Source of the DNA: a phage
DNA length: 64,000 bases
Sequence record: PZ445427.1
Reading direction: 5' to 3' (one strand)
Under the pieces are notes generated by a model. It ran no database searches. It saw only the letters and a program-made list of their open reading frames with translations, and was not told the DNA's origin. Of this stretch, positions 1 through 10,405 are shown in pieces. How positions within the stretch are numbered: position 1 is the first letter of the stretch; the number at the start of each line of letters is the position of its first letter. Both the position numbers and the translations under genes were made by a program.

Positions 1-173
1 TCATCTTCACCACAGAAGCGACGGAAGCCAGCTTCAAAGTTAGGCAAGCTACATACTTCCTCTAGATCGTACTCATCCCACAAGGATTTCCCACTAGCAG
101 TATCAGTACGGAAAGCACGAACACCACTATCTACACTCAAACCTGCACCACTAACAACGATTAGTCTACGCAT
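1..173 (-). CDS. Sir2-like NAD-dependent deacetylase, N-terminal part (gene continues left of window)
   Basis: Minus-strand ATG at 173..171; translation MRRLIVVSGAGLSVDSGVRAFR... matches sirtuin GAGxSxxSGIxxFR NAD-binding motif; TAATG overlap with upstream gene. Confidence 0.5.
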   Translation of the reverse strand, partial: MRRLIVVSGAGLSVDSGVRAFRTDTASGKSLWDEYDLEEVCSLPNFEAGFRRFCGED

Positions 174-325
174 TATACGATTCCTTGCTTGAATCCTTCG
201 ATGATATTTTGGAGCAGAATTGCTTCTTCTGGGCGAACCTTCTCTTGCTTAATAAGTATATCCAAACCAGCAATACAGGTAGCTACTCCAGCATTATACC
301 CAGCATTCCACTGCTCCATGAGCAT
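173..325 (-). CDS. hypothetical small protein (50 aa, internal Met of track ORF 173..451)
   Basis: Track ORF 173..451 overlaps 336..539 in another frame; only the part after stop of 336..539 is likely coding. Confidence 0.25.
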   Translation of the reverse strand: MLMEQWNAGYNAGVATCIAGLDILIKQEKVRPEEAILLQNIIEGFKQGIV

Positions 326-335
326 ATTTTCTAAA

Positions 336-539
336 TTACTTTTTAGATTCTGATTCAAGAAGTCCATAAAGTTTTTCCTCCAATTCCATAATACGATTTT
401 CGTAAGAAGCACGCAGCTTCTCGATGGACAAAGCACGAACTGTAACTTCATCTGAATTGATCGCTAGCTGAGCTAGATCTTCTGTTTCCATACGTCCGTT
501 GTAAATTAAGCGATATTTAAGATGTTTTACGTTTTTCAT
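336..539 (-). CDS. hypothetical protein (67 aa)
   Basis: ORF with AAGGAAC RBS upstream of ATG 539; in operon with flanking minus-strand genes. Confidence 0.45.
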   Translation of the reverse strand: MKNVKHLKYRLIYNGRMETEDLAQLAINSDEVTVRALSIEKLRASYENRIMELEEKLYGLLESESKK

Positions 540-548
540 TCTTGTTCC

Positions 549-830
549 TTAGTTCTGTACTGTAAATTCATTCTTATCACAGTGAGCATAATAATACCCA
601 TACATACGATAAATTTTAACAGCCTTAGTAGATCCTTTGGATTCTTCATAATCAATCCAGAGCCACTTGTCTTTACCTACATAATGTACCCGAAACTTCT
701 TAACTTTCTTATCATTCCATGTTGCAACAACACGACGATAATCAAATCCGCCTAACCAATCGAGAGCCTTACGTTCATCACTAGGCTCTCCAAGATGTGA
801 AACATCTACTTTAGGAAGCAATTCGCTCAT
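549..830 (-). CDS. hypothetical protein (93 aa)
   Basis: ORF preceded by GAGGAG RBS and a T5-type promoter on minus strand. Confidence 0.6.
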   Translation of the reverse strand: MSELLPKVDVSHLGEPSDERKALDWLGGFDYRRVVATWNDKKVKKFRVHYVGKDKWLWIDYEESKGSTKAVKIYRMYGYYYAHCDKNEFTVQN

Positions 831-857
831 AGCTTTCTCCTCTCAAATTTATAAATC

Positions 858-886
858 AATTATACATAAGTTTTAGCTCGAAAGCA
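858..886 (-). promoter_or_regulatory. sigma70 promoter (minus strand) TTGCTT-17-TATAAT
   Basis: plus-strand attata 858..863 and aagcaa 881..886 give minus-strand -10/-35 with 17-bp spacer; followed by ATAAATTTGAGAGGAG box. Confidence 0.6.
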
Positions 887-889
887 AAT

Positions 890-920
890 AAAATAAAAGC
901 CAGGTCGACTAGCAACCTGG
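890..920 (-). terminator. rho-independent terminator downstream of nrdD
   Basis: Stem gccaggt/acctggc (898..904/914..920) followed on minus strand by TTTTATTT. Confidence 0.6.
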
Positions 921-928
921 CTGATTCA

Positions 929-2803
929 TTATTTAGCGCGAATGTCCTGATGTTTCACTCGACCCATAACCTCATGTTGTTTGCCTGGGTTAAATGGACG
1001 AGCACCTGGATTTCCAAGATATCCGCAAACTCGACGAGTTACCTCAAGAGTCTCAGGATCATGATTGCCACAAATTGGGCATTTGAAACCATCCTCAGAA
1101 GCTATAGTTTCACCCAAGAACCCACATTCCCCACAAGAGTCTACTGGAGTATTAATACCGAAGTAATGAACTTTACTTGCAGCATAGTTAATAACCCATT
1201 CCAGTGCATCAGGGAATCGTTTCATATCCGGTAATTCCACATAGGAAATGCACCCACCAGAAGCAATAGGAGTAAAGTTAGACTCATAATCAAACTTCAC
1301 ATTTGGAGCAACCTTACGTTCTACATCAAGGTGATGGGAATTAGTGTAATATCCTTTAGCCAGAATATCTTCATGCTCTGGGAAATACTCACGGTCTAGG
1401 CGACAGAAGCGATCACATAGAGATTCAGATGGTGTAGCATACAGACTATACCCTAATTGAGTCTCTTCCTTCTTCTGATCAGCACGATCACGCATGTATT
1501 GTAGCACACGTTGAACGAACTTGATACAAGACTCAGACATTGTATCTACATCTTTACCAAACATGAGTTGCAACATTTCGTGGCAGCCAATATATCCTAG
1601 GGATACAGAAGCACGCTTGTAGAAATGATCAAATACATATTCATCTGGCCCCAGACGTAATCCAAAGGCTCCTGACATATAGAGGATGGGCGCAGCTTTA
1701 GCTTGAATGTATTTTAAGCGATCAACCCTCCACTCCAATCCTTTTAACGCGGTATCCACACGCAGCTCAAGCAGATCGAAGAATAGATCAATATTTCCTT
1801 CCGCTTCGATAGCAATTCGAGGAAGGTTCACAGAAACAACACCTAAGTTATTACGGCCAGAAGTTTCACCATCTTCCGCAGCAGCTAGGAATGAACGACA
1901 GCCCATAGAGACTTTGTAGTCACCAGTAACTTCTACAACCTTATCATAACTGATATAGTCAGGATACATACGTTCAGCAGTACATTTCATAGCTAACTTC
2001 TTGATATCATAGTTAACATCACCAGGTTTCATGTTAACACCATCACGAAGTACAAATACCAGTTTAGGGAAGATAGCTGTACGTTTATTAATACCCAAAC
2101 CATCCATACGCACTTCTAAGATTGCTTTCTGTACAAGACGTGCTTCCCAAGAAGTTCCTAGACCAAAACCAAAGGTAATAAATGGACTCTGACCATTAGA
2201 GTTGAACATCGTATTGATCTCATACTCTAGACCCTGACAGGCATCGTAAACTTCCTTCTCAGTCATTTCCGTAGCCATTACAGATGCTTTAGCTTCATCC
2301 TTAGTCCAACGTTTTGCAAACGCATGATTCTTATCATAAGACTTACGAACATAAGGAGCCAATACTTCATCTAATCGGTCTACAGAAGTACCACCATATT
2401 GATGTGAACTAACCTGAGTGATAATCTGAGCTGTGATAGCAGCCGCAGTAGTAATAGAGTTTGGCGTACTGATTTCAGCATTACCAACCTTCATACCGTT
2501 TTTCAACATATCTTCCAAAGCAACCAGGCAACAGTTAGTCATACCTAACGCAGCGTAATCAGCATCATGGAAGTGAATATCACCAATCATGTGAGCATTT
2601 CGAATCTGGATTGGCATTTCTTCCAGAATCAGATATTTACTCAATTCCCCTGCAAGCATGTCCCTTTGTGTAGGGAAACGTTCTGAGGGCTTATTGGCAT
2701 TATTAAACAGCAGCTCTTCATCTGCTGAACCTTCGATAATTTCTTTGCAGTTTCGAATCAAGGACTGCATTCCTTTATACTTTAGTTCTTCATTGCGATT
2801 CAT
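929..2803 (-). CDS. nrdD: anaerobic ribonucleoside-triphosphate reductase (class III)
   Basis: 624 aa; C-terminal glycyl-radical motif RVCGYLG and CxxC...CxxC zinc site; AAGGAGG RBS. Confidence 0.9.
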   Translation of the reverse strand: MNRNEELKYKGMQSLIRNCKEIIEGSADEELLFNNANKPSERFPTQRDMLAGELSKYLILEEMPIQIRNAHMIGDIHFHDADYAALGMTNCCLVALEDMLKNGMKVGNAEISTPNSITTAAAITAQIITQVSSHQYGGTSVDRLDEVLAPYVRKSYDKNHAFAKRWTKDEAKASVMATEMTEKEVYDACQGLEYEINTMFNSNGQSPFITFGFGLGTSWEARLVQKAILEVRMDGLGINKRTAIFPKLVFVLRDGVNMKPGDVNYDIKKLAMKCTAERMYPDYISYDKVVEVTGDYKVSMGCRSFLAAAEDGETSGRNNLGVVSVNLPRIAIEAEGNIDLFFDLLELRVDTALKGLEWRVDRLKYIQAKAAPILYMSGAFGLRLGPDEYVFDHFYKRASVSLGYIGCHEMLQLMFGKDVDTMSESCIKFVQRVLQYMRDRADQKKEETQLGYSLYATPSESLCDRFCRLDREYFPEHEDILAKGYYTNSHHLDVERKVAPNVKFDYESNFTPIASGGCISYVELPDMKRFPDALEWVINYAASKVHYFGINTPVDSCGECGFLGETIASEDGFKCPICGNHDPETLEVTRRVCGYLGNPGARPFNPGKQHEVMGRVKHQDIRAK

Positions 2804-2832
2804 TATACCCTCCTTCTCTAACTAAGACTACT

Positions 2833-2861
2833 ATTATAACTCATTCGAAGGCGGATGTCAA
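2833..2861 (-). promoter_or_regulatory. consensus sigma70 promoter for nrdD (TTGACA-17-TATAAT)
   Basis: plus-strand attata 2833..2838 and tgtcaa 2856..2861 = perfect -10 and -35 on minus strand, 17-bp spacer, about 25 nt upstream of nrdD start. Confidence 0.65.
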
Positions 2862-2912
2862 CAATATTTTACTATAACATTCTGTAAATTGATCTGAGTC
2901 AAAAAATTTTAT

Positions 2913-2941
2913 TTGCCAACCTCTATTAAAAATAGTATAAT
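2913..2941 (+). promoter_or_regulatory. sigma70 promoter TTGCCA-17-TATAAT
   Basis: ttgcca 2913..2918, tataat 2936..2941 in divergent nrdD/phoH intergenic region. Confidence 0.45.
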
Positions 2942-3053
2942 CACGCGCCCGTGTACGCGATATAAAATGATTATCTAGTACCACACATCTCCCAATAAAA
3001 GCAAGCAAATTTTTTATTTAAAAGCAATATCATAGGCTTATTTAAAATTGTAG

Positions 3054-3082
3054 TTGCTTTCTCCCGTATATATTGGTATAAT
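3054..3082 (+). promoter_or_regulatory. sigma70 promoter TTGCTT-17-TATAAT (phoH)
   Basis: ttgctt 3054..3059, tataat 3077..3082. Confidence 0.55.
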
Positions 3083-3155
3083 ATATTTGTAAGTTGATAA
3101 ACAAGATCTTTTTGTTGATCCTCTGTTAGCGAAGTACACTATAGGAGTGTTATTT

Positions 3156-3908
3156 ATGGGAAAAGCACGTCAAAAAAGAGAGAACCGCAATGGTTCAAGA
3201 AAGCGTGGCAACAAGTACGAGAGTAACGTAATTCAAGCAGATTTCTCTGGTGATTACGCCAATCCAGTTGCTAAATCCCTAGTTGGTAAAAACCGTGAGC
3301 AAAAATCATATATCAATATGATCAAGAACAACACAGTGACTGTGGGTATTGGTGAACCAGGTACTGGTAAAACCTTTATTCCATCCGTTCTTGCAGCTCA
3401 GGAACTCGTAGACATTCACTCAGATATTGAGCAAGTGATCCTCGTGCGTCCGAACGAACCTCTAGGTAAATCTCTTGGTATGCTCCCAGGTGATCTGGCA
3501 GAAAAGCTAGAGCCTTGGTTGGAACCAATAGCCGATGGCATGAAATGGGCAATCGGTGATCACGCCTACAAAGGATATGTCGAACGTCAGAAAATTAAAT
3601 TCCTGGCTATCGAACATGCCCGTGGCCGAACTTTCAACAACTCCTATGTAATTGTCGATGAAGCTCAGAATATCTCCGTTGAAGCAATGATCTGTCTCTT
3701 GACTCGTGTAGGACAAGATTGTCGTTTAATTATCTGTGGGGATATAGCGCAGAAAGACATCAAGGGTGATTCAGGTCTAGCACTTCTTATGGAAGTCTAT
3801 GAGAAGTATGAAAACTCTCCTTTCTCTATGATCGAACTGATCGACAACGTTCGCTCACCAGAGTCTAAAGCATTCTACGATATCTTTAAGGATATGGGGA
3901 AGGTGTAA
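3156..3908 (+). CDS. phoH: PhoH-like ATPase
   Basis: Walker A GEPGTGKT, PhoH-like fold; likely start ATG 3156 after AGGAG (track start 3147 is GTG). Confidence 0.8.
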   Translation: MGKARQKRENRNGSRKRGNKYESNVIQADFSGDYANPVAKSLVGKNREQKSYINMIKNNTVTVGIGEPGTGKTFIPSVLAAQELVDIHSDIEQVILVRPNEPLGKSLGMLPGDLAEKLEPWLEPIADGMKWAIGDHAYKGYVERQKIKFLAIEHARGRTFNNSYVIVDEAQNISVEAMICLLTRVGQDCRLIICGDIAQKDIKGDSGLALLMEVYEKYENSPFSMIELIDNVRSPESKAFYDIFKDMGKV

Positions 3909-3909
3909 T

Positions 3910-4152
3910 ATGGGAAACGTCGTACATCTGCACCGCAAAACTAAGATCCACCGTACTTCACTGAGTGCTGCTAATATGATTACACGTAAGGAAGGGGAAG
4001 AAAGTCCTAAGACTACCCTAGCGTGGAAAATTGTAGCCTCTAATCCAAATCGGCCTTTTAATTATAATGAACTTTCAACATCAGTAGATATTCTTCTGAG
4101 GGCGAATGCGAAAGCAAAAGTAATTAATCAAGCCGAAAAACTAGACTGGTAA
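3910..4152 (+). CDS. hypothetical protein (80 aa)
   Basis: ORF directly coupled to phoH stop (TAATATG). Confidence 0.4.
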   Translation: MGNVVHLHRKTKIHRTSLSAANMITRKEGEESPKTTLAWKIVASNPNRPFNYNELSTSVDILLRANAKAKVINQAEKLDW

Positions 4153-4273
4153 TATAGAAGGCCTGGGTATGAAAATACTCGGGCCTTTTCTATCAGAAAA
4201 TTTTATTTGCCAAATGACTGAGAATAAAGTAAACTATTTCCTAAATCCTGATAACTACAAAAAGGAAAGCCAA

Positions 4274-6604
4274 ATGAGCCATCGCATAGAAAAAGTAATC
4301 AAACGTGACGGTACTGTAGAAGACTTTGCTCCTGAAAAACTCAATGGTTGGGCAGTGTATGGCTGCAAAACAGTTGATGTAAGCTGGTCATCCATCACTA
4401 TGGCTGCTCAAAAAACTCTACCTAAAGGTGTTGTAGACTCCGACACCCTAATGGATGCGTTAATTAAAGCCGCTGAAGGTCTTATCAAAGATAACCCAGC
4501 ATATGATGTGCCAGCTAAGGAATTACGTCTTGCGCAGATGCGTAAACGTCTATATGACTCCTTCGAGCCTCCTTCTCTGCGTTTCTTCCACGATCATATG
4601 GTTAGTGTTGGAGCTTGGGAAGACATGAGTGCATGGATTAGCGATGATCAGTTTGATGCTCTGAATCAAGTTATCGATCATGATCGCGATCGTTTATTCA
4701 CCAGTGGTGGACTGAAACAGTTCTTCGACAAGTATTCCCGTCGTAATATTGCAACTGGTGAAATTTATGAAACCCCGCAGTTTGCCTACATGGGCATGGC
4801 AATGGCGATGTTATCTCAACCTAACTGGACAATCCTAGATGCAATCGACCTCTACAATGCAATGTCGCTCCACAAAATCAACGTTCCTACTCCACCTCTC
4901 GTGGGTCTTAGGAGCAGCGACCGCGGTTTTGCTTCTTGTTGTCTTGTTGATAGTACTGATACCCTCGATTCAATCGACACAGCCGAGCATATCGTCTTCA
5001 AAATGGTCGCAGCCAGAGCGGGAATCGGGTATCATCTTGAAAGCCGATCAATTGCTGATCCGGTGCGAAATGGGGCATTCCCGCATTCCGGAAAACTGCC
5101 ATATTATCGACACATTGACCGTTCAGTAAAAGCTAACACTCAGCAAACCCGTGGCGGTTCTGCTACTGTGTCTTATCCATACTTCGATCCTGAAATCATT
5201 CAGTTGATGCAGGTTAAGCAGCAACGTGCTACAGACGAGAATAAAATCGATAAGATGGATTATTCTCTGAGCTTTAACAACCTTCTGTTAAAACGTTACC
5301 TGAAAAACGAAGATATTACGCTAATGTCCTACTTCTACGCACCAGAAGTTCATGAAGCGTTTTATGGTGAAGATGAGGCTAAGTTTGAAGAAATCTACGT
5401 GGCAGCGGAGAAACGTGTGGCATCTCTTACAAAGACCGACCACGAAGGAAAAACAATTCCAGCAGCTCCTAGAATCTCTGCAAAAGAAATCCTAGATACT
5501 TGGTTACGTATCCGTATGGAAACAGGGCGTATGTATGCTCATCACATTGGTGAATCTAACCGTCATGGTAACTTCCTTGACCCGATTCGTATGACCAACC
5601 TTTGTGTTGAAATTACTCAGCCAACCCGTCCATTCCATCACATTACGGAACTGTATAAAACCCAAGATCAGTTAGACGATATGCGTCCAGAAGATATTGG
5701 TGAAGTATCTCTGTGTAACTTAGGTGGTGTTGTACTAGGCCGCATGGAATCTCTGGCTGAATGGGAGAAAACTTGCTACATCCTTCTGAAATTCGTTGAT
5801 ACAATCATCGAGATTCAGGATTACCCATTCCCAACTATGGAATACACGGCTAAGAAACGTCGAAACGTTGGTATTGGCCTGATGAACGCAGCAGGTGCAA
5901 TGGCAGCAGAAGGTTTGGCTTACGAAGGTGTTGAAGCTCGTAACTGGATTCACCGTGAAGCTGAAAAACTGTCTTACTTCCTGCACAAAGCATCTGTACG
6001 TCTGGCTAAAGAACAAGGTGCATGTGACTGGTTTAATCGTACTAAGCCATCCAAAGGAACTCTGGTAATCGACACGTACAAGAAAACTGTTGATGAACTG
6101 GTAACCGTAGGTCTAGAAATGGATTGGGAATCTCTGCGTGCAGATATCCTGAAATACGGTATGCGTAACTCTGTTCTGACTGCTCAGATGCCGGGTGAAA
6201 GTTCCTCTGTACTGCTAGGTGTTACTAACTCTATTGAACCACCTCGTAAGATTGTATCTATCAAGGGTAGTGCAGTGAATAAAGTAATTGCAATTGCTCC
6301 AGGTGCAACCGATTGGGATACATTAATGAGCTATAAACTGGCTTATGATGTAGATCGTATCGAGTGGATCAAATGGGTAGCAACCATGCAGAAATTTTTC
6401 AGTCAGTCTATCAGTACGAATATGTACTATGACTACACCAAGTTTGAGAATGAAATCATTCCTGGTCCAGTAGTAGTTCGTGATTTCATGACTGCTGTTA
6501 AGTACGGTTGGAAAACTTGGTACTACGCTAACTTCAACACTGAAAATGGTGGTGGAGCTGGTGAAGAAGCAGCAGGTTGTGCATCCGGTGGTTGTAACCT
6601 ATAA
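4274..6604 (+). CDS. nrdA: ribonucleoside-diphosphate reductase large subunit (class Ia)
   Basis: ATP-cone VIKRDG start, C-terminal CxxxxC tail; start taken at ATG 4274 after AAAGGAAA (track ORF starts earlier at 4169). Confidence 0.9.
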   Translation: MSHRIEKVIKRDGTVEDFAPEKLNGWAVYGCKTVDVSWSSITMAAQKTLPKGVVDSDTLMDALIKAAEGLIKDNPAYDVPAKELRLAQMRKRLYDSFEPPSLRFFHDHMVSVGAWEDMSAWISDDQFDALNQVIDHDRDRLFTSGGLKQFFDKYSRRNIATGEIYETPQFAYMGMAMAMLSQPNWTILDAIDLYNAMSLHKINVPTPPLVGLRSSDRGFASCCLVDSTDTLDSIDTAEHIVFKMVAARAGIGYHLESRSIADPVRNGAFPHSGKLPYYRHIDRSVKANTQQTRGGSATVSYPYFDPEIIQLMQVKQQRATDENKIDKMDYSLSFNNLLLKRYLKNEDITLMSYFYAPEVHEAFYGEDEAKFEEIYVAAEKRVASLTKTDHEGKTIPAAPRISAKEILDTWLRIRMETGRMYAHHIGESNRHGNFLDPIRMTNLCVEITQPTRPFHHITELYKTQDQLDDMRPEDIGEVSLCNLGGVVLGRMESLAEWEKTCYILLKFVDTIIEIQDYPFPTMEYTAKKRRNVGIGLMNAAGAMAAEGLAYEGVEARNWIHREAEKLSYFLHKASVRLAKEQGACDWFNRTKPSKGTLVIDTYKKTVDELVTVGLEMDWESLRADILKYGMRNSVLTAQMPGESSSVLLGVTNSIEPPRKIVSIKGSAVNKVIAIAPGATDWDTLMSYKLAYDVDRIEWIKWVATMQKFFSQSISTNMYYDYTKFENEIIPGPVVVRDFMTAVKYGWKTWYYANFNTENGGGAGEEAAGCASGGCNL

Positions 6605-6613
6605 TAAAAACAA

Positions 6614-6640
6614 GGAGATCTTCGGGTCTCCTTTTTCTTT
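6614..6640 (+). terminator. rho-independent terminator after nrdA
   Basis: ggagatc-ttcg-ggtctcc hairpin then T-run. Confidence 0.6.
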
Positions 6641-6650
6641 GAAATTTTAC

Positions 6651-6679
6651 TTGCTAATCGCTACCAGATTTGCTATAAT
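6651..6679 (+). promoter_or_regulatory. sigma70 promoter TTGCTA-17-TATAAT (nrdB)
   Basis: ttgcta 6651..6656, tataat 6674..6679. Confidence 0.6.
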
Positions 6680-6710
6680 ATTCCTGAAATAGTGAGAAAG
6701 AGGAAAATCA

Positions 6711-7856
6711 ATGACTACTTTACTAAACCTGAATTGGGATCATACTAACGCTGACCTTTTCCTGGGCGATTCTCTTGGTATCGCAGATTACGTTCGTGTA
6801 GCACATCCTGAACTTGAGCGTCTAGCACTTCTGCAACGTTCTCAATTTTGGACTGAAACTGAAATCAGTCTGGAAGCTGATAAGAAACAATGGCCAAACC
6901 TCCCGCGTGATATCCAGGAAATTACTCTCCTGAACTTAGCATGGCAAACTCAAACAGATTCTTTCATTAGTCGTGCTCCTGAGGCAGCTATTATGCCACT
7001 TGTAAGCCGTCCTGAATTGGAAGGTATGCTCAAGCAGTGGAGCTACTTCGAAGATCTACATAGCCGTGCGTATAGTAACATTATTCGTAACGTTCTGACT
7101 GACCCAGCAGAATTTATTGATTCTGTAACTAAAAACCAAGAAGCATTTGCACGTATCGCAGATTCTGTTGAACTGTTTGATGAATTGTATCTGTTAGGTC
7201 AGTATTTCCTTGCAGTACGTGATCATCAGGGTGATAATACTTATCCAGAAACTGAGTTCCCTGAAGTTAAACGTGAAACTCAGGCTAAGCTGTTAGATGC
7301 TTACTTTGCAATCTACGGTCTGGAAGCAATGCAGTTCTACGCATCTTTTGCATGTACCTTTGCTCTAGCAGAGAACGATATTCTGCAAGGTATTGCCAAG
7401 AACCTGCAACTAATTGCTAAAGATGAAGCTCTGCACACTCAAATGTCTAAAGCTATCATCCAGATTATGTTTCAGCAGTTTGATAAAGATCTGGTAGATG
7501 AAGCATTAGCTAAAGCACCAGCACAACTCCTAAAAACTCTGAAAACTGAGATTGAATGGGGTCACTTTATCTTTAAAGGCCGTAGTCTGATTGGTTTGAA
7601 CGCAGAACTGCTTGAAGAATATCTTTACTTTGTAGGACGTAACGCATTTATGCATATTGGTGTAGAATGGCCAAGCCACTTACCTGTAATTACTAAGAAC
7701 CCTATTCCGTGGATTATGAACTGGTTGGATACTACGTCTTTACAACCTGCTCCGCAAGAGATTCAGATTGGTGCGGCATACCGCGTAGGTCAGGTCACAG
7801 AAACCTCTGCTGATACTCTGAAAGATCTTGGCAACGAATTTGAGGGTATGTTCTAA
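6711..7856 (+). CDS. nrdB: ribonucleoside-diphosphate reductase small subunit
   Basis: 381 aa, ferritin-like diiron R2 fold, AGAGGAAA RBS. Confidence 0.9.
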   Translation: MTTLLNLNWDHTNADLFLGDSLGIADYVRVAHPELERLALLQRSQFWTETEISLEADKKQWPNLPRDIQEITLLNLAWQTQTDSFISRAPEAAIMPLVSRPELEGMLKQWSYFEDLHSRAYSNIIRNVLTDPAEFIDSVTKNQEAFARIADSVELFDELYLLGQYFLAVRDHQGDNTYPETEFPEVKRETQAKLLDAYFAIYGLEAMQFYASFACTFALAENDILQGIAKNLQLIAKDEALHTQMSKAIIQIMFQQFDKDLVDEALAKAPAQLLKTLKTEIEWGHFIFKGRSLIGLNAELLEEYLYFVGRNAFMHIGVEWPSHLPVITKNPIPWIMNWLDTTSLQPAPQEIQIGAAYRVGQVTETSADTLKDLGNEFEGMF

Positions 7857-8386
7857 TGATAGCAGCAATCTATGCAACTGGGCCGAATGGGGAGTTCGGC
7901 CTCAACGGTAAACTCCCTTGGGGTTCTTTCAAAGAAGAACTAGATATCTTCTACGCTACTTTGGATTCTCTAGCACCTGATAATATTATTGTAGGAGCAG
8001 GAACTTGGTTAGCCTTCCCTGAGACTCTGCAAAAAAGAATACTAGGAGATTCTGACCTATTTATTTATGCAAATAGACCACTACCTAACTCTGTAGGATC
8101 AGCCACACGCATAAGTAACATTGGATACAGTCTACCTGATTTCCTCAAGGAAGAAGTAACTGTAGTATTAGGGGGAGCAACTCTGCTTCTTGAAATGTAT
8201 GTCAAAAATCATCTAGATATGGCGTATATCTCTACTATTACTTCAGCTACACCATTATCTGCTGATGTACATCTGCATCATCACATTACTTTAACTAATT
8301 CAATGGCAACTAGAATGGACTATGTAGCAGGACAGAATGCAGATAAAACACTTTCTTTCTTACAAGAATTGGTGATATTTAAATGA
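7856..8386 (+). CDS. frd: dihydrofolate reductase-like protein
   Basis: N-terminal GLNGKLPWG and IVGAGTW / VLGGATLL motifs as in phage DHFRs; translationally coupled to nrdB and thymidylate synthase. Confidence 0.6.
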   Translation: MIAAIYATGPNGEFGLNGKLPWGSFKEELDIFYATLDSLAPDNIIVGAGTWLAFPETLQKRILGDSDLFIYANRPLPNSVGSATRISNIGYSLPDFLKEEVTVVLGGATLLLEMYVKNHLDMAYISTITSATPLSADVHLHHHITLTNSMATRMDYVAGQNADKTLSFLQELVIFK

Positions 8387-9237
8387 GGCAATATATTGAA
8401 ACTGGAAAACGTATTCTAGAAGAGGGTGTATGGGTAACGAATCCTAGAACAGGGGTTCGTTGCCTAACTATTATTGATGCAGACTTTACCTTTAACGTAG
8501 GAGCAGGAGAACTGCCGCTAGTAACTACTCGTAAAGCATTTGCTAAACAAGCAATAATGGAAATGATCGGATATCTCCGTGGGTACGACTCAGCAGCACA
8601 ATTCCGCGCTATTGGTGTTAATACATGGAATGCTAATGCAAATGAAAATATTGCCTGGCTAGGTAATCCATTCCGTAAAGGCGAGGATGATATGGGACGA
8701 GTCTATGGTGTTCAAGGACGTCATTGGACTAATTCTGATGGTATGGTATTTGATCAGTTAGCCAAAGTCTATCATAATTTGAAAAGAGGGATTGACGATC
8801 GTGGAGAAATTTTAACTTTTTGGAACCCTGGGGAATTTCGTAAAGGATGCCTACGTCCGTGTATGCATACCCATCAATTCTCTATTTTAGGTGATACACT
8901 ATACCTAAACTCTTTCCAGAGGTCTAATGATTTCTTGCTGGGCCAAGTATTTAATATGGTGCAATGTTATGCACTTCTAGCTATTATGGCACAGATTACA
9001 GGTCTTAAGCCAGGTATTGCTCGTCAAAAGATTATCAATCTTCATATCTATGAAGATCAGTATAATGTTCTGATGGAGCACAAGCAATTCGATCGTAAAC
9101 CTTTTGCATCTCCTACTTTAGAAATCAATCCAAATATCCAAACTTTGGATGATGTATTAACGTGGGTAAATAAGGATGATTTTACTGTTCGTGGCTATGA
9201 ACACCATCCTGCTATTGCATACCCATTCACAGTCTAA
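8383..9237 (+). CDS. thyA: thymidylate synthase
   Basis: 284 aa; catalytic RPCMHTHQF motif; ATGA overlap with upstream gene. Confidence 0.85.
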   Translation: MRQYIETGKRILEEGVWVTNPRTGVRCLTIIDADFTFNVGAGELPLVTTRKAFAKQAIMEMIGYLRGYDSAAQFRAIGVNTWNANANENIAWLGNPFRKGEDDMGRVYGVQGRHWTNSDGMVFDQLAKVYHNLKRGIDDRGEILTFWNPGEFRKGCLRPCMHTHQFSILGDTLYLNSFQRSNDFLLGQVFNMVQCYALLAIMAQITGLKPGIARQKIINLHIYEDQYNVLMEHKQFDRKPFASPTLEINPNIQTLDDVLTWVNKDDFTVRGYEHHPAIAYPFTV

Positions 9238-9242
9238 TTCAA

Positions 9243-9267
9243 ATAGCCCTTCGGGGCTATTATATTT
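9243..9267 (+). terminator. rho-independent terminator
   Basis: atagccc-ttcg-gggctat hairpin followed by TATATTT. Confidence 0.55.
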
Positions 9268-9276
9268 AAATTTCAT

Positions 9277-9305
9277 TTGCTTACTGAGTGAAATTCAAAT
9301 ATAAT
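9277..9305 (+). promoter_or_regulatory. T5-type early promoter
   Basis: ttgctt 9277..9282, 17 bp, tataat 9300..9305. Confidence 0.6.
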
Positions 9306-9329
9306 ATATTTTATAAATTGGAGACACTT

Positions 9330-9584
9330 ATGGGACTCTTTAAAAAGAAAGTTTATTTAACACAAAGTCAAGAACGCAGGTTCTTAGCTCTGTCTCAGTA
9401 TTACCATTTACCTTTCGATCATTTCATAGAACGGGCGTTAGAACAATTCCTAGAAAAGGAATTAAGGGCAATTAGACCTGAACCGCCAAGAGCACCAAAT
9501 GATGCACAGAGAGGTCATCCACGTATCCCACCTATGCCGCCAGTTCCACCAGCGACTAGGGTCATTATAGAAGGTGAAAAATAA
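9330..9584 (+). CDS. ribbon-helix-helix-like small DNA-binding protein with Pro-rich tail
   Basis: ATG 9330 after GGAGA; N-terminal KKVYLTQSQERRFLALSQYY resembles RHH beta-strand/helix; C-terminal PRIPPMPPVPP. Confidence 0.45.
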   Translation: MGLFKKKVYLTQSQERRFLALSQYYHLPFDHFIERALEQFLEKELRAIRPEPPRAPNDAQRGHPRIPPMPPVPPATRVIIEGEK

Positions 9585-9853
9585 TGTCTATTCTTTTATC
9601 TGCTTTAGAAGCAAAACAAAATACTATTGCTAGTATTAAAAAGGAAGTAATTGACTTAGAGTCACTTATTGCCGTAGAGATTGACAAAGCCATCAAAGAT
9701 AAAGAATTTAACTGTCACATCCAGGGATTGACTGAATATTCAGAAAATGCTAGAAATAGCGTCATGCAAAAACTTAGCAAACTAGGTTATGTTGTGGAAG
9801 CTAAGTATGAGCAACGTGAAGGTTTTTGGCTTGAAATTGATTGGAGCAAATAA
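9584..9853 (+). CDS. hypothetical protein (89 aa)
   Basis: ORF translationally coupled (TAATG) on both sides. Confidence 0.5.
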   Translation: MSILLSALEAKQNTIASIKKEVIDLESLIAVEIDKAIKDKEFNCHIQGLTEYSENARNSVMQKLSKLGYVVEAKYEQREGFWLEIDWSK

Positions 9854-10329
9854 TGTCGGTTTTCCACATATATACAGATGGTGCATGTAAGGGCAATCCT
9901 GGTTTAGGTGCGTGGGGATTCGTTGTCTATAATGATAATGATGATCGTATTGGCTCTAAATCTGGCTTCAGCCATAAAACTACTAATAACGAAATGGAAC
10001 TTACTGCAATTGTTGAAGTTCTTCGTTGGTCTACTAAGAAAGATAATCGTCCAGTAATTATCTACACTGATTCTGCTTACTGCAAAAATGGTATGGAAAG
10101 CTGGATGTGGTCTTGGCAGAAGAAAGGATGGAAGAAAGGAGATGGTGAAACTCCTCTTAATCTAGAACTCTGGCAAGAAGCGTTTAAACTAACTCAACAG
10201 TATATTAATTTCCATGATACTAACCCAACCTTTGTTAAGGTTAAAGGTCACTCAGGTATTCGTGGTAATGAAGAAGTTGATGCTCTATGCAATACTGTAA
10301 TTACTGAGCAAGAACTTGCTGAGATGTAA
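9853..10329 (+). CDS. rnhA: ribonuclease H
   Basis: HIYTDGACKGNPG and ELTA motifs of RNase HI; ATG 9853 overlaps upstream stop. Confidence 0.8.
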   Translation: MSVFHIYTDGACKGNPGLGAWGFVVYNDNDDRIGSKSGFSHKTTNNEMELTAIVEVLRWSTKKDNRPVIIYTDSAYCKNGMESWMWSWQKKGWKKGDGETPLNLELWQEAFKLTQQYINFHDTNPTFVKVKGHSGIRGNEEVDALCNTVITEQELAEM

Positions 10330-10349
10330 TAAATAATTTAAAAATTCAC

Positions 10350-10378
10350 TTGCTTAAAGCCCTCGAATTTAGTATAAT
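10350..10378 (+). promoter_or_regulatory. T5-type early promoter
   Basis: ttgctt 10350..10355, 17 bp, tataat 10373..10378. Confidence 0.6.
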
Positions 10379-10405
10379 ATTCGTATTGAAAGTGAGGAGG
10401 GCTTT

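Noticed and set aside
4839-6016. Internal track ORFs 4839..5129 (+) and 5735..6016 (-) inside nrdA
   Set aside because: Lie within the continuous nrdA reading frame region; out-of-frame or antisense artefacts.
929-9237. Group I introns in nrdD, nrdA, nrdB or thymidylate synthase (as known for T4)
   Set aside because: All four reading frames are continuous and full length with no ORF-free insertion; no intron evident.
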